In this document: positions 41,100 through 51,710 of the stretch, in pieces
Layout: each line of letters opens with the position of its first letter
Position numbering within the stretch: position 1 is the stretch's first letter
The notes under the pieces: generated by a model
Databases searched by the model: none
The model's input: the letters and a program-made list of their open reading frames with translations, nothing else
Told to the model about the DNA's origin: nothing
Translations under genes and position numbers: made by a program
Assembly (NCBI GenBank): GCA_963843555.1
Contig: CAWJKV010000008.1
Location: 1 to 51,710, forward strand
Source: an uncultured Methanosarcinales archaeon
GTDB lineage: Archaea > Halobacteriota > Methanosarcinia > Methanotrichales > Methanotrichaceae
Direction of reading: 5' to 3'
Length of the DNA: 51,710 bases

Positions 41100-41105
41100 T
41101 GCCGT

Positions 41106-41561
41106 CTACCTCATCCTCTTGATAAGATCTGCAAGATCGGGGCGGAATCCCAGATCTCCACCCTGTTGTGCAGTCTTCTTGGTAGTTCTTAAACCCTTGC
41201 GAGGCGGGTGCAACCTGAAGATGGGCTTGATTTCCAGATCTTTCAGGCTGGTTGAGCCGGAGTTGATGGCAGATGCCAATTCCTTGAAGGAGGTATAAGA
41301 TGTGCTATCCTTCAGGTACTGCTCTGTCAGACGTCGATTTGCGCTCAATCGTCCCCGCTTCTCCAGGAGCAAGGCCAATGTATCGTCATCGATCTTGCCC
41401 CAGGCCACATAATCCTTTATCTTCTGGATCATGCCGCGGTAATGGGGGTCTTCCTTGACCACGATGCAATGATTGACCCTATGCATATGCAGCATAGCCA
41501 GGGTGGCCTTGATCTCTGGCCTGACGTTCACCTCTCCTCTCAATCTCACTATGGCAAACAT
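41106..41561 (-). CDS. rpl30: 50S ribosomal protein uL30
   Basis: MFAIVRLRG...FRLHPPRKG, the C-terminal part of ORF 41106..41810. Confidence 0.94.
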   Translation of the reverse strand: MFAIVRLRGEVNVRPEIKATLAMLHMHRVNHCIVVKEDPHYRGMIQKIKDYVAWGKIDDDTLALLLEKRGRLSANRRLTEQYLKDSTSYTSFKELASAINSGSTSLKDLEIKPIFRLHPPRKGLRTTKKTAQQGGDLGFRPDLADLIKRMR

Positions 41562-41563
41562 CT

Positions 41564-42187
41564 TCAAGCCCTCACAGTTATGGTATTGATGAGTGCATTG
41601 TAGGTAGCCTTGGCGAAATTGATGGTGGTCCTGGTGGAGCCAGCCGTCCGGGTCCAGACATCCTTGATGCCGGCCATGTCCATGACCTTCTTGGACGTTT
41701 CGCCGGCAGCGATGCCGAGGCCCCGGGGCGCAGGAATAAGCACTACCCTGACGCTTCCTGACTCGCCTACCACTTGATATGGCACGGTGTGCGCCTGACC
41801 GCAGCCGCATTCCCAGCTGCCGCAGCCTCGCTTCACCTTCATAATGTTCCTCTTGGCGTTATCAATGCCCTTCTTGATGGCTTTGCCCACCTGGACATCC
41901 TTTCCTTCGCCAAGACCTATGTAGCCATCTCTGTTGCCTACTATTACCGTGGTTCTGAATTTGACTCTTCTTCCGGAGTCAGTCATCCTCTGAACCATGT
42001 TTATATCCAGAACCTCATCCTCTAGCCCTGGGATGAGCGCATCTATCAGACCTGCCTCTTTTATGGGCAGGCCTGATGCAATGGCCTCATCGAAAGTGGT
42101 TACTTGACCCTCATAAACGAGCTTGCCAAGCCTTGTCTTAGGGACCCACTCTTCCTGGTAGAAATCGCGTTTCTTTCTCTGATCCAT
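41564..42187 (-). CDS. rps5: 30S ribosomal protein uS5
   Basis: [17 protein letters not shown] and GCGSWEC. Confidence 0.96.
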   Translation of the reverse strand: MDQRKKRDFYQEEWVPKTRLGKLVYEGQVTTFDEAIASGLPIKEAGLIDALIPGLEDEVLDINMVQRMTDSGRRVKFRTTVIVGNRDGYIGLGEGKDVQVGKAIKKGIDNAKRNIMKVKRGCGSWECGCGQAHTVPYQVVGESGSVRVVLIPAPRGLGIAAGETSKKVMDMAGIKDVWTRTAGSTRTTINFAKATYNALINTITVRA

Positions 42188-42191
42188 AGTC

Positions 42192-42719
42192 TCACCCCAA
42201 TATCTTTTCCCTGGCAGCCTCGAATTGGGACACGATATCCGCTCCAGTGAATTTCTTTATGTGCTCGCCGCGAATCCTCTCCTCATCGGGGAAGATCTCT
42301 GCGCCGTGAGGCACATCTACGCCTGCATCCACGACGCCTTTGATGGCAGCATAGATCCTGTTTCCTTTGGTGGAGGCATGCAGCCCGATGTCTGCTACTC
42401 CCTCCTCAATGCCCAGGGCCAGCATCTTCTTGCCGAAGAGAAGGCCAGTGAGATAGGCTGCGGGCAGATTGCCGAGGCTTGAGGTGAATCCGAAGCTCTT
42501 GAGCTCCTGGGACTTTACCGTGAGGAGGGTTTTGTCTCCCATCTGCTCCGCCACCACCAGTTGCAATGTAGTGCTGGCGTTGCTTTTCCTGACAACGACA
42601 CGGGGTTTTTTCGAAAGTATCAGCTTATATCTGACGTGATAGTTGGTTTTGCCCTCTCTCCGCCTGCGGAAGGGCACTTTGTATCTAGGTCCTGTTGCCA
42701 AGTCACTCACCCCTGGCAA
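42192..42719 (-). CDS. rpl18: 50S ribosomal protein uL18
   Basis: [18 protein letters not shown]. The real start is probably TTG 42701. Confidence 0.95.
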   Translation of the reverse strand: MPGVSDLATGPRYKVPFRRRREGKTNYHVRYKLILSKKPRVVVRKSNASTTLQLVVAEQMGDKTLLTVKSQELKSFGFTSSLGNLPAAYLTGLLFGKKMLALGIEEGVADIGLHASTKGNRIYAAIKGVVDAGVDVPHGAEIFPDEERIRGEHIKKFTGADIVSQFEAAREKILG

Positions 42720-43176
42720 GGCCCTTGGCCTTGATAAAGGAGTTCATATGCGCCGTGCTCCTGTACTCGCCGCCTTTGGATTTGCGATAGAGCAAACGGT
42801 AAGCATGGCGATCAATCTGGCCGCCTTCACGAAGCTCCCTGAGCTTCTTGCGCAGAGCGCGGATCTTGGTCATCCACTGCTCTTTGCGCGGGCTCCGGGC
42901 ACCTTTGGCACCTCTTCGGTGTCCTGCCCCTTTGCAGTGACCATAGGCGCGCTTGATGTTCCTGGCCCTAATTCTACCCCGGCTGTTACCCTTTTTGGGC
43001 TTGGCCTTGATATTTCCGTCCTTGATCTGAGAGCGGATATCCTCCCGGGTGATGGCATCGCTCAAATCGCCAGCCAGCTCTGGGTCAGGATTGATCCAGA
43101 CCCGGCTCTCGCCGATCTTAAGCTCCGATGCCGCCAGCCTGCGCTGAGTTGTGAAACCTGGCACTTCAGGCACCAC
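42703..43176 (-). CDS. rpl19e: 50S ribosomal protein eL19
   Basis: QRRLAA...RVWI...ITREDIR and KGGEY. Confidence 0.95.
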   Translation of the reverse strand: MVPEVPGFTTQRRLAASELKIGESRVWINPDPELAGDLSDAITREDIRSQIKDGNIKAKPKKGNSRGRIRARNIKRAYGHCKGAGHRRGAKGARSPRKEQWMTKIRALRKKLRELREGGQIDRHAYRLLYRKSKGGEYRSTAHMNSFIKAKGLARGE

Positions 43177-43540
43177 CCTTGGGGTTCAAAACCCTGAGGC
43201 CCATCTCGGCCGCTTTGGCCTGGATATCCAGGCGCTTCTTCATTCCCACCGCGGAAGCGATGCGCACTACGGAGCCCTGAGCCTTCAATAGCTCTGCCAC
43301 GTTATTCACCAGCACCTCAGGAAAGCCGCTGGGATGAAAACCGCGAACTGCCTTGGGGCTTCCAAAGCCAGGTCTAACCAGCTTGCCTTTAGCAGCTATC
43401 TGCTGCCGGAGCTTGTTGTGCAGGCCCTGAGGCTTCCGCCAGCTGGTGCCCAGCCGCTTCTTTTTATGTGAATCATGAAAGTTGAACTCAGGCTTCTTTG
43501 ACTTCTGCCGGGTTCTAACTCTCAGCAACCTCTCTGCCAT
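43166..43540 (-). CDS. rpl32e: 50S ribosomal protein eL32
   Basis: SWRKPQG, GFGSP, HPSG and VLNP. Confidence 0.94.
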   Translation of the reverse strand: MAERLLRVRTRQKSKKPEFNFHDSHKKKRLGTSWRKPQGLHNKLRQQIAAKGKLVRPGFGSPKAVRGFHPSGFPEVLVNNVAELLKAQGSVVRIASAVGMKKRLDIQAKAAEMGLRVLNPKGGA

Positions 43541-43547
43541 CCTAAAT

Positions 43548-44078
43548 TCACCTCTTGTCCACCAGATATATTCCATCCTGGAATATCCTGATATCGAAAC
43601 CATGCACCCTAGTCGCCTGCTCAATATTGGCCATGGTTTGGCCAACGTGCTCCTTATCGATGCCTGTAATCACTACTTCATCTTTGCCGATCTCGACCTT
43701 GGTTCCCGGTAGGATCTTAGCAGATCGAGACTTCCTTTCGCCAAGGAAGTTGTTTATGATGAGCTCGTCGGAAGCTGCCTTGAGCTGTATGGGAAAGTGT
43801 GAGTACACGACCTTCATCTTGTACTCATACCCTCTGGTTACGCCCGCAATCATATTGCTTATGTGCGAAGCCAAAGTTCCCACCATCGCTCTGTGGCGCT
43901 TGCGATCGACCCTGGAATTCACGACCAGTTGAGCATCCTCTGTGCGGATCTCTATCTCAGGATAAGAGAGAGTCCGGGAGACCTCACCTTTCGGTCCCTT
44001 CACCGTGACGAGATTTCTGTCTACGGATACATTAACTCCTTCCGGGATCTCTACCTGTCGTGCAATCTGTTTGACCAT
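43548..44078 (-). CDS. rpl6: 50S ribosomal protein uL6
   Basis: VKGPKG, YSHFP, NFLGE and FQDGIY. Confidence 0.96.
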   Translation of the reverse strand: MVKQIARQVEIPEGVNVSVDRNLVTVKGPKGEVSRTLSYPEIEIRTEDAQLVVNSRVDRKRHRAMVGTLASHISNMIAGVTRGYEYKMKVVYSHFPIQLKAASDELIINNFLGERKSRSAKILPGTKVEIGKDEVVITGIDKEHVGQTMANIEQATRVHGFDIRIFQDGIYLVDKR

Positions 44079-44086
44079 GAGACCAC

Positions 44087-44485
44087 CTAATACACGTACG
44101 CCAGTAGCTGGCCACCCAGGGACTGTGCCCTGGCATCAGAGTGGGCCATAACTCCCTTATTGGTGCTCAATATGAGCACTCCAAAGTTTCTGGCGGGGAG
44201 AAATCGCTTCTCCCACTTCTCCATCTCTGAAGCCTTGGTGGAGAACCGCGGCTTGATAACGCCGCAACGGTTGATCCTTCCCAGGAGCTTCACTCTGAAC
44301 ATTCCCGACTTTCCGTCGTCAATAAATTCGAACTCGCCGATGTATCCTCTATCCGCCATAACCTTCAAAGCCCTTCCTATGACCTTGGAGGCGGGATGGA
44401 TAATACATTCAGGCTTGCCTACGCTCTCCGCATTCTTTATTACGGACAGGGCATCGGCCAGTGGATCCAATAACAAAGCAACCAC
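44087..44485 (-). CDS. rps8: 30S ribosomal protein uS8
   Basis: DPLADAL...GYIGEFE...GGQLLAYVY. Confidence 0.96.
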   Translation of the reverse strand: MVALLLDPLADALSVIKNAESVGKPECIIHPASKVIGRALKVMADRGYIGEFEFIDDGKSGMFRVKLLGRINRCGVIKPRFSTKASEMEKWEKRFLPARNFGVLILSTNKGVMAHSDARAQSLGGQLLAYVY

Positions 44486-44638
44486 CTACGAATACTTTTC
44501 AAAACCCATTTCAGGGGCGATCTCTCGGAAGCACTGCCTGCACAGGTATATCCCGTACTTTCTCACCAGTCCGCTCTTGCGGCTGCAACGCTTGCACTGG
44601 TTCGCACCTCTTCCGAAAATCTTCTTGCCTTTCTTCAT
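44486..44638 (-). CDS. rps14: 30S ribosomal protein uS14 (not in ORF track)
   Basis: Manual translation [50 protein letters not shown]. Confidence 0.95.
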   Translation of the reverse strand: MKKGKKIFGRGANQCKRCSRKSGLVRKYGIYLCRQCFREIAPEMGFEKYS

Positions 44639-45150
44639 GCTGCCTCCAAGATCTCAACGCCGAACTTCTGGTGGACGAACTCCATGGTATCGTCCTTGCC
44701 CAACCTCTGCCTACCTGGAAGCTTCTTTTGCGCCACACGTCTCCGGGCTATTCTGTAGCCGGCCCTCTTCAGGGCCACGGATACGTCCATGCCGAAGATG
44801 CCTATCTCCGGATCGTATCTCATGCCGGGAAAGTCGGTGTGCTCCTCAATGCCGAAAGAGAAGTTTCCCTGCTGATCGAACTGGCTCTTCTTCAGGCTAT
44901 TGCCGGCGGCTTTAAAGGCCAGGATAAGAAATTCCTCGGCAGCCTTTCCTCGCAGGGTCAGCTTTGCACCGATTGGCTCCTTCTTCTTGATGCTGAAGGT
45001 GGGCAGAGTCTTCTTGGCGATGGACCGGACGGGTTGCTGGTGGGTAATCGTCTTCATAATGGTTTCAGCGTTTACCAACCTCTGGCCGCTCTCTCCTACG
45101 CCCACATGCACGACAACCTTGTCGATACGGGGCTCAAGCATGACATTCAT
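44635..45150 (-). CDS. rpl5: 50S ribosomal protein uL5
   Basis: VGVGESG, GNFSFGI and YDPEIGIFG. Confidence 0.96.
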   Translation of the reverse strand: MNVMLEPRIDKVVVHVGVGESGQRLVNAETIMKTITHQQPVRSIAKKTLPTFSIKKKEPIGAKLTLRGKAAEEFLILAFKAAGNSLKKSQFDQQGNFSFGIEEHTDFPGMRYDPEIGIFGMDVSVALKRAGYRIARRRVAQKKLPGRQRLGKDDTMEFVHQKFGVEILEAA

Positions 45151-45851
45151 CTAACTGCCCCCAGCTTGATGACAGGCTGATCTGTTCCTATCATGTAGAC
45201 GTACTCCTCGATGGTCTCAAACTCCTTATCGCCGGATATTATCACACGATTGGGCTGAGAGCTCTTCACTTTTATGATCTCTTTGATCTTACCCATCTGC
45301 CCGGTGTGTTTTCCGCCCACGACCATGGCCAGGTTGCCGAGCTTGAACTCGATCCTTTCCTCGATATTCTTCTCGGGGATAGAGAGAACAAGGGAATCGC
45401 CAACTTTGAACTCGCCCTCTGCCAGCTTATTTGAGCCGTCGGAAAGGTTGAGCTGCAACTTCTTGCCGTTAATGATGGTCTTGTTCTCAATTCTTGCCAG
45501 CTTCCTGACATTTCCGGATTCAAGAAGGCTCAGATAGAACATTCCTTTCTCATCTTTCAGCATTCTGTATTGCTGGTCCAGAAGTGGAAGGGTTATGACA
45601 TCAAATATGCCTATGGGCAGCTTGTAATCCGTCTGGGCCTTTCCATCCACCAGCACCTTACCCTCGTACAGAATCCTCTTTGCCTCGCGGGCGTTATCCA
45701 CCAGCTTGAGCAGATCTCGGATTACCATCACGAGAGGCATGCTATCCGCAGAGGAATGAGGCCCGGGACTGGTCTTGGCAACCCATACATGGGTCTTTCT
45801 GGCAATGGGCCAGCTCACGGGAACAGTTACTCTCTTCTGATGTCGGCTCAA
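45147..45851 (-). CDS. rps4e: 30S ribosomal protein eS4
   Basis: HQKR...PGPH...VDGK...GGKHTG. Confidence 0.95.
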   Translation of the reverse strand: MSRHQKRVTVPVSWPIARKTHVWVAKTSPGPHSSADSMPLVMVIRDLLKLVDNAREAKRILYEGKVLVDGKAQTDYKLPIGIFDVITLPLLDQQYRMLKDEKGMFYLSLLESGNVRKLARIENKTIINGKKLQLNLSDGSNKLAEGEFKVGDSLVLSIPEKNIEERIEFKLGNLAMVVGGKHTGQMGKIKEIIKVKSSQPNRVIISGDKEFETIEEYVYMIGTDQPVIKLGAVR

Positions 45852-46207
45852 GTAGATCGCCTCGCAAAGATCTTCTCTCTCTCAGCGTCTTCTAGGTTGA
45901 GCTTGACTATCATGACGTTGGAGGGATGAATGGTTCTCGGCACTTCAGTTCCATCGGCGCGATAGTTGCTCACGCCTGCAACTTTTATAGTGCACCTCTT
46001 GAGGTCTACATCCTCGACGGCTCCTTCGGTGCCGGCGTGATCTCCACGCATAACCTTGACAGTATCGCCCTTGCGGAGCTGCGCACTGCGCTTCTTCAGC
46101 TCTTCACGGAGGGCCTTGCTCAAGGGTGCGTGCACGTACTTCTGACGCCTGTGCAGCGGCGCAGTATACCTTTCTTTCCGCTGCTTCCTTGGCTGTGTTG
46201 TAACCAT
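45848..46207 (-). CDS. rpl24: 50S ribosomal protein uL24
   Basis: [16 protein letters not shown] and IHPSNV. Confidence 0.95.
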   Translation of the reverse strand: MVTTQPRKQRKERYTAPLHRRQKYVHAPLSKALREELKKRSAQLRKGDTVKVMRGDHAGTEGAVEDVDLKRCTIKVAGVSNYRADGTEVPRTIHPSNVMIVKLNLEDAEREKIFARRST

Positions 46208-46214
46208 ATAATCA

Positions 46215-46613
46215 TCACACAATGATGGACGCCGCGGAAGCAATCTTGCTGAACCGTTCAGCTACCTCGCGGGCCACTGGTCCCTTAACCTCGGAGCCCT
46301 TGGGAACGCCTTCGTCATCTACTATAACGGCGGCATTATCCTCGAATTTCACTCTGAGGCCATCGGGCCTTCTGAACTCCTTCCTCTGGCGGATGATGAC
46401 TGCCTTGAAGATCTGCTTGCGCATATCTGGAGTTCCTTTCTTCACAGATACGACTACTACGTCCCCGATTCCAGCGCAGGGCTGTCTATTTTTCACGCCG
46501 CGGTAATTCTTTACCGCGATAACGTGTAGCGTCCGCGCACCTGTATTGTCTACACAATCCAGGTATGCGCCAGTGTTGATCGCCCTTGGGATCTTGGCCT
46601 TTTGTCCTCTCAT
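46215..46613 (-). CDS. rpl14: 50S ribosomal protein uL14
   Basis: DNTGA, FEDNAAV and GPVAREVAE. Confidence 0.96.
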   Translation of the reverse strand: MRGQKAKIPRAINTGAYLDCVDNTGARTLHVIAVKNYRGVKNRQPCAGIGDVVVVSVKKGTPDMRKQIFKAVIIRQRKEFRRPDGLRVKFEDNAAVIVDDEGVPKGSEVKGPVAREVAERFSKIASAASIIV

Positions 46614-46930
46614 TTCAAGACCTCCACTACCACGTAGGATTTGGTCTTGGAAAGGGGCCGACACTCCGCTATCTTGACACGATCCCCAGCCTTGGCATCA
46701 ATGCAAGGGGGATTGTGCGCATGGATCTTGGACTGCCTCTTTTCAAATCGTTCATACTTCGTTGCTTTCTTCTCGAACTTGCGCATGACTACCACGGTAT
46801 TTTCCATCTTGTCGCTAACCACGGTGCAGCTAAAGACCTGGCCGCGTACAGGCAGGGTACCATGGAAGGGACATTTCGGATCGTTGCACTCCTTTTGCGG
46901 CGCGCTAACGTCCAGTCCGATATCCCTCAT
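46610..46930 (-). CDS. rps17: 30S ribosomal protein uS17
   Basis: [13 protein letters not shown] and ECRPLSKTK. Confidence 0.96.
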   Translation of the reverse strand: MRDIGLDVSAPQKECNDPKCPFHGTLPVRGQVFSCTVVSDKMENTVVVMRKFEKKATKYERFEKRQSKIHAHNPPCIDAKAGDRVKIAECRPLSKTKSYVVVEVLK

Positions 46931-47220
46931 AACTTCCACCTCGTCCTCTGCATTCTCTTGCTTATTCTGTTCTCGGGCTGCGAGATCAAGATCGACCCCG
47001 CTACCCTTACTTTTTGTCCATTGGGTAATAAGAAGATCAGGTTCGCATTCTTTTTTGGAATGCGCAAGACTCTGCGCTCTGTCTCCAAGAGGAATGTGTT
47101 CCTGGTCTCGTCAACAACCAGGGCCCTGAGCCCGACGATCCCAGGTTCACTGCTTGTCTCAACCAGGACATCAAGGCCGATCAACTCGTGCCTCGCCAGG
47201 TTCTCAGGGTTAAGGTTCAT
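46927..47220 (-). CDS. rnp1: Ribonuclease P protein component 1 (Rpp29)
   Basis: [17 protein letters not shown] and conserved position. Confidence 0.92.
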   Translation of the reverse strand: MNLNPENLARHELIGLDVLVETSSEPGIVGLRALVVDETRNTFLLETERRVLRIPKKNANLIFLLPNGQKVRVAGSILISQPENRISKRMQRTRWKL

Positions 47221-47417
47221 TTCTTTCGCTCCGTTTGGACCGTCTTGATTCTGGCGACCGTTCTGCGGATGTCTTTGATTCTTCCCGGTTTTTCCGGAGC
47301 GCCACCCGCAGTGACGATGCCTCTCTCGCGGATGAGCTCGCTATTGAGCTTTCGCAGCTCTTCAGCAATCTCTTCTGCGTTCATGTTTCTGATCTCATCA
47401 ATCTTGAAGATAGCCAT
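47217..47417 (-). CDS. rpl29: 50S ribosomal protein uL29
   Basis: EIRNM...[16 protein letters not shown]. Confidence 0.95.
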   Translation of the reverse strand: MAIFKIDEIRNMNAEEIAEELRKLNSELIRERGIVTAGGAPEKPGRIKDIRRTVARIKTVQTERKK

Positions 47418-47424
47418 TTTTGGA

Positions 47425-48261
47425 TCACTCCACCTTGGCGCAGGGCTCGCAATCTGCCTTCTCCTCTGGGAGTGGCGCGTCCTCTGCTACGCCCTCGTCT
47501 TTAGCCACAGGGGCCTCATCCAGGGGTGTCGGCTTGACCTCAGCCAGATTCGGCTCTGACTCCAGGAGCTGATCCAGATCGCTCTTCTTCTCCACAGCGG
47601 GCGCAGGAGCTGCAGCGGCTGGGGCCGGAGCGGGCGCTGCCACCGGTGTTGGTGCTGGGGGGGCCAGTGGCTTCTCAATCTGGAAATCGTCGGGAAGCCG
47701 TACGTCGGGCGGTATGATCCTTACCTGACAGCCGATTACTCCCAGCTTCTTGACAGCTACTGAGTAGCCTTTATCCACGAGATCGATGGCCGGCTTGCCG
47801 GAGTGCTTGATATATCCGGAGATAAATTTCTCCGTCCTGGATCTGGGGCCTGTTAACTTGCCGCTGATCACTATTTCGCACCCAAGGGCTCCTGCATCCA
47901 TAACTCTGCGCATCATAGACTGGCCTGCCTTTCGGAAGTACCAGCCGCGCTCCAGAGACGAAGCCAGGCGATTGGCCACAACTCTGCCGTTCAAGTCGCC
48001 CCGGCCCACGTCCTGCACATCTATCTGGGGGTTGTCCAGATGGAACTTGCGATCCAGGTCTCGGGTTATCTTGCGGATAAGTTTGCCGCCTTTTCCTATG
48101 ACCATGCCCGGCTTCTCAGCATAGACAGTTATCTGGGTGCCCATGGGCGTGCGGTTCATGAGCATGCCGCCATATCCCGCGCGCTCCAGCTCTTCAGCCA
48201 GATACTCATTGACGAGAGCTTTGGTGATGCCCTCTGCTACGAACTTCTTTTCAACGGACAT
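47425..48261 (-). CDS. rps3: 30S ribosomal protein uS3 with Pro/Ala-rich and acidic C-terminal tail
   Basis: KH domain PGMVIGKGG and [13 protein letters not shown]. Confidence 0.96.
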   Translation of the reverse strand: MSVEKKFVAEGITKALVNEYLAEELERAGYGGMLMNRTPMGTQITVYAEKPGMVIGKGGKLIRKITRDLDRKFHLDNPQIDVQDVGRGDLNGRVVANRLASSLERGWYFRKAGQSMMRRVMDAGALGCEIVISGKLTGPRSRTEKFISGYIKHSGKPAIDLVDKGYSVAVKKLGVIGCQVRIIPPDVRLPDDFQIEKPLAPPAPTPVAAPAPAPAAAAPAPAVEKKSDLDQLLESEPNLAEVKPTPLDEAPVAKDEGVAEDAPLPEEKADCEPCAKVE

Positions 48262-48728
48262 CAGCTCTTCACCTCTGTCAAAACCATCTCCACGGAGACG
48301 GTCTCTGTATTCTTGGGGGTGGCTCTTCCCATAGCGCGGGGCATCCATCCTCGAATGGTCCTGCCCTTCAGGGTACCGGCATGGAAGATCCTCATCTTGT
48401 CGGACTCCATTCCCTTGTACTCCGCATTGGCGAGGGCATTATCCAGGACAATCAAGACTGCCTTGGCTGCCTTCTCCGGATATCGGCCGGCGTCCCACCC
48501 CACAAGGTCATGCCTGTGGGCTACATTTCTCCTATAGCGCTTGAAAGGAATTGACCTCTTCAAGGCTATGACATCTTCCAGATAGGCGCGGGCCAGGTTT
48601 GCCCGCATGCCTCTTAGCGTCCTGCAGATCTCGCGGGCGTGCTTTGGTGAGATGTGAAGCTCCATCCCCATGGCCCTTGAAGAGCGTCCTGCAGGCGTAA
48701 GCGAATAATTCAATCTGCCCAATCTCAC
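48261..48728 (-). CDS. rpl22: 50S ribosomal protein uL22
   Basis: [13 protein letters not shown] and PRAMGRA. Confidence 0.95.
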   Translation of the reverse strand: MRLGRLNYSLTPAGRSSRAMGMELHISPKHAREICRTLRGMRANLARAYLEDVIALKRSIPFKRYRRNVAHRHDLVGWDAGRYPEKAAKAVLIVLDNALANAEYKGMESDKMRIFHAGTLKGRTIRGWMPRAMGRATPKNTETVSVEMVLTEVKS

Positions 48729-48731
48729 ACC

Positions 48732-49151
48732 TCACTTCAGCGGCACATATTTGCTCGATCTGGTAGCGCCCACACCTGCGGCTCCGTGCTGAACGCGACC
48801 GCGCGTCATAGCGAACTCGCCGAAGAAGTGCCCGATCATCTCGGGCATGACCTCTACCTTCTCAAAGCTTTTGCCGTTGTAGATCTCGAGATTCTTGCCC
48901 ACCATATCCGGCAGAATTATCATGTTCCGGATGTGGGTTCGAACCGAGTCTTTGTTTTTCAGGTTCGCCAGGAGATTTTTGTTCTCCTTGGCAAGACCTC
49001 TCTTGATCGATCTGCGCTGCCGCGCTGGAAAGAGCCCGGCAAGCTCCTCTATACTTAACTTGGCGAGGTCGGCCATCTTCCGGCCCCGATACAAGAATTC
49101 TTCCTTCCTCTTCGGAAGCTTGGACCCTGCTTTTTTAGCCAAAACCATCAC
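48732..49151 (-). CDS. rps19: 30S ribosomal protein uS19
   Basis: RTHIRNM, YNGK, GEFA and GATRSS. Confidence 0.96.
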   Translation of the reverse strand: MMVLAKKAGSKLPKRKEEFLYRGRKMADLAKLSIEELAGLFPARQRRSIKRGLAKENKNLLANLKNKDSVRTHIRNMIILPDMVGKNLEIYNGKSFEKVEVMPEMIGHFFGEFAMTRGRVQHGAAGVGATRSSKYVPLK

Positions 49152-49865
49152 CTAACGCTTACCGGTTCTTCTTGCTGCAATTGAACCAACCTTTCGGCCG
49201 GGGGGCGTATTCCTGCTGACCGTCTTTGGCCGGCCGGGATGCTGGCGACCGCCGCCACCGAAGGGGTGGTCTACAGCGTTCATAGCTACGCCTCTGACGA
49301 TAGGCCACTTCTTGGCCTTGGACCGGAACTTGAAGAAGCTCTTTCCTGCCTTGACCAGAGGCTTGTCCAGACGGCCGCCTCCGGCAACGACTCCTATTGT
49401 CGCCATGCACTTCGGGCTGAGCCACTTCATCTCTCCGCTGGGGAGCTGGACGACTGTTTTGGGCCCATCATGAGCCACCAGAATGGCGCAGACTCCCGAA
49501 GACCGGGCGAACTGGCCGCCGTGACCTGGCTGCGATTCGACGTTGCAGATTGGTATGCCCTCAGGGATCTCCGCCAGGGGCAGAGTGTTTCCCGGTTCAA
49601 TGGGCGCCGATATGCCGCAGGCCACTTCCTGGCCCACGTACATGCCCTCGGGGACCAGGATGTATCTCATCTCACCATTGTCTAAGGCCATGAGAGCAAC
49701 CGGAGCGGTCCGGGCGGGGTCGCGCATTATCTCCTGGACCACGCCCTTGATAGTCTCGTCCTGGTCGACTTTGATGTGCTTGATGTCCGCCCTGTACCTG
49801 TGAGAGGGTGCCCTGTAAGTAGGACCTCCAGCGCCTCTATTTTGAGATATGATTCGATGTCCCAT
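49152..49865 (-). CDS. rpl2: 50S ribosomal protein uL2
   Basis: DPARTAP and VRGVAMNAVDHPFGGG. Confidence 0.97.
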   Translation of the reverse strand: MGHRIISQNRGAGGPTYRAPSHRYRADIKHIKVDQDETIKGVVQEIMRDPARTAPVALMALDNGEMRYILVPEGMYVGQEVACGISAPIEPGNTLPLAEIPEGIPICNVESQPGHGGQFARSSGVCAILVAHDGPKTVVQLPSGEMKWLSPKCMATIGVVAGGGRLDKPLVKAGKSFFKFRSKAKKWPIVRGVAMNAVDHPFGGGGRQHPGRPKTVSRNTPPGRKVGSIAARRTGKR

Positions 49866-49878
49866 AGTTTTACCCCGC

Positions 49879-50127
49879 CTACAGCAGTCCCAGCCTTGTG
49901 GCTAATTCGTTCGCACTGCCCTCTTTGGCCAGCTTCACGATGGCCTTCTTCTCTCCCCGGGAGGTTATCATGGTCCTGACTGTCAGGACATCTATGTCGT
50001 AGAGCTCCTCCAGGGCCTTCTTGATCTCCGGCTTGGTGGATCTTATGTTCACCAGAAACTCTATGGTATCGTTGGAGTCGATCATACTGGTGACTTTTTC
50101 TGTAACATAAGGACTTTTGATGATCAT
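49879..50127 (-). CDS. rpl23: 50S ribosomal protein uL23
   Basis: PYVTEK and KKAIVKL. Confidence 0.95.
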   Translation of the reverse strand: MIIKSPYVTEKVTSMIDSNDTIEFLVNIRSTKPEIKKALEELYDIDVLTVRTMITSRGEKKAIVKLAKEGSANELATRLGLL

Positions 50128-50897
50128 TGCTTTGCCTCCGGGGAGCCCTTCATAGCGAGCTTTTCCAGGGAAGATTCTGTCCAGACGGTCAGTCTGCCGG
50201 CCTTGGTTCCAGGGGCAAGCAATTCCGCGTTCAGCCTCTCGACGGTGACGAAGTCCACGCCGGGAAGATTTCGGGCTGCCTTTCCGAGGCCCCCGTCATT
50301 GCCGGCGACAATGAGCACGCTCTTTCGGCTTTTAAATTTCCTTCCCCGCAGTTTGCCCTTGCCGGCACGAATGTGTCTCCCATTCTTTGCTCTCATGACA
50401 TCATCCCAAAGGCCGGCTGCCATCAGGAATTTTATGACATCAGAGGTCTTGTCCAGGGATTCAAGATCATTCTTGGCGACGACGGGCAGCGCTCGGGAGA
50501 ACCTATGGCCCCGAGCCTCGACAAGTCCCTGTGACGCTGTGGCGGCTATGGCGGAGCGGATGGCTTTTCTCCTCTCCTTCTTGTTGACCTTCTCAGTATT
50601 GTCCTTATTGGGCTGAGGGGCATGAGACCTGCGACCGCCTACGGCCATGGGTATGCCGGCTGCTTTTCGGCCGTTCTTCAATCTTGGAACTCTGGAGACG
50701 CCGTGTCCTGGACCCCAGGACTGGGCCGAGGTGTTCATGCCTGCATAGAAGTGAGGTCCATAAGGCTGGAGACGGTTAGCTTGCGCGGCCAGCACTGCTC
50801 TCTTGATGATATCCGGCCGGTACTCCTCCTCGAAGACGGGAGGCAGCTCGATCTCAGCGCCTGCATTTCCCGATAGATCAATGACATTTATCTTCAT
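50124..50897 (-). CDS. rpl4: 50S ribosomal protein uL4
   Basis: [16 protein letters not shown] and LAPG..GRL. Confidence 0.96.
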   Translation of the reverse strand: MKINVIDLSGNAGAEIELPPVFEEEYRPDIIKRAVLAAQANRLQPYGPHFYAGMNTSAQSWGPGHGVSRVPRLKNGRKAAGIPMAVGGRRSHAPQPNKDNTEKVNKKERRKAIRSAIAATASQGLVEARGHRFSRALPVVAKNDLESLDKTSDVIKFLMAAGLWDDVMRAKNGRHIRAGKGKLRGRKFKSRKSVLIVAGNDGGLGKAARNLPGVDFVTVERLNAELLAPGTKAGRLTVWTESSLEKLAMKGSPEAKQ

Positions 50898-50900
50898 TGC

Positions 50901-51710
50901 CTAGACCCCCTGCTTGGACTCTTGGCTTACATAGAGGAACTCGGGTGCCTTCACGAAGTTCTTTCCGGGTCTTATGGCGTGTCTGATCCTGACCAGCCGC
51001 TTGATGGGGCCGGGAACGCTTCCCTTGATCAGGACGTATTGATTGCGAACCAGGCCGTAGCCCGGGAATCCGCCTTCCGGAGTGATTTTTGCGCCGTCCG
51101 TTCCTATGAACATGAGCCTTTTATTGAATTCAGTCCTCTGGTGGTAGCCCATCTGGCCCAGTTGCGGAACGCGCCAGCTGATATGCGATGGATGCCAGGG
51201 ACCAAGGTTGCCCACGTGCCGCAATTTGCCCGTTCGCGCGTGCTTGCGCTTGGCGATGGCGATTCCCCAGCGCCTGACCGGGCCCTGGGTGCCTTTGCCC
51301 TTGGTGACGGCAGAAGCGTCCAGCAAATCGCCCAGCTCGAAGACGCTGGATACCGGGACCTGCTGGCCGAGCAGTGTTTGCGCAAAAGCGAGACGATCCA
51401 GCATGGATCCGCCGTTGATGGGCATCTCCATGAGCTCAGGAACCTTCTTGGGGATTCCGGATACGAGCGTAGGATTGGTGTGAACCAGGACCCGGACCTC
51501 CACGATGTCTTCGCCAATAGCCTTCAAGTCATCGGCTGAGGTTCCGCGGGTCTTCTTGGGAACCGTCAGAGCGCGGGTCAGATCCGGGCTCAGGTTCTCG
51601 GCCCAGGCCTCGCCTGCAGGGCGGAGCCCGCCGTTGTAATTCTCATAGGCGCGCACGGCCACCACGTTCATGGGGGGAACCTCAAGAACAGTCACGGGCA
51701 TGCTGATCTC
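50901..51710 (-). CDS. rpl3: 50S ribosomal protein uL3 (5' end outside window)
   Basis: TKGKGTQGPVRRWG, GQMGYHQRTE and KGSVPG. Confidence 0.96.
   Translation of the reverse strand, partial: EISMPVTVLEVPPMNVVAVRAYENYNGGLRPAGEAWAENLSPDLTRALTVPKKTRGTSADDLKAIGEDIVEVRVLVHTNPTLVSGIPKKVPELMEMPINGGSMLDRLAFAQTLLGQQVPVSSVFELGDLLDASAVTKGKGTQGPVRRWGIAIAKRKHARTGKLRHVGNLGPWHPSHISWRVPQLGQMGYHQRTEFNKRLMFIGTDGAKITPEGGFPGYGLVRNQYVLIKGSVPGPIKRLVRIRHAIRPGKNFVKAPEFLYVSQESKQGV

Noticed and set aside
47425..47680. Pro/Ala-rich and acidic tail of uS3
   Set aside because: Low-complexity uS3 tails are common in Methanomicrobia and haloarchaea.
36802..51539. Numerous plus-strand and alternate-frame ORFs over the ribosomal operon
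   Set aside because: These are shadow ORFs of well-identified GC-rich genes.

Overview
Archaeal methanogen DNA, most consistent with Methanothrix (Methanosaeta)-like Methanosarcinales, inferred from gene content and order. The right third (36.8-51.7 kb, minus strand) is the conserved ribosomal superoperon from partial rpl3 through secY, DUF106, cmk and cbf5. The left part mixes housekeeping genes (adk, glyS, hsp20, taw2-like, pyrE, class I lysS, dCMP deaminase, lysA, sufC/sufB-like, tRNA-Gln, intron-containing tRNA-Ser) with accessory patches. The best candidate for an undescribed system is a two-gene RiPP-like cassette at 17.9-19.6 kb: a 60-67 aa peptide ending in CCIEG-CCVSW-CCIQIS, followed by a radical SAM/SPASM maturase, next to a beta/gamma-crystallin gene and IS66/IS630 elements. 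Other notable items are a decayed integrase-linked defence island at tRNA-Ser (EVE-domain nuclease plus Type IIG R-M), a degenerate duplicate of the adk 3' two-thirds bracketing a metzincin protease gene, and an IS66 that separates the crystallin start codon from its RBS. Several genes carry single-base frameshifts that may be sequencing or assembly errors.
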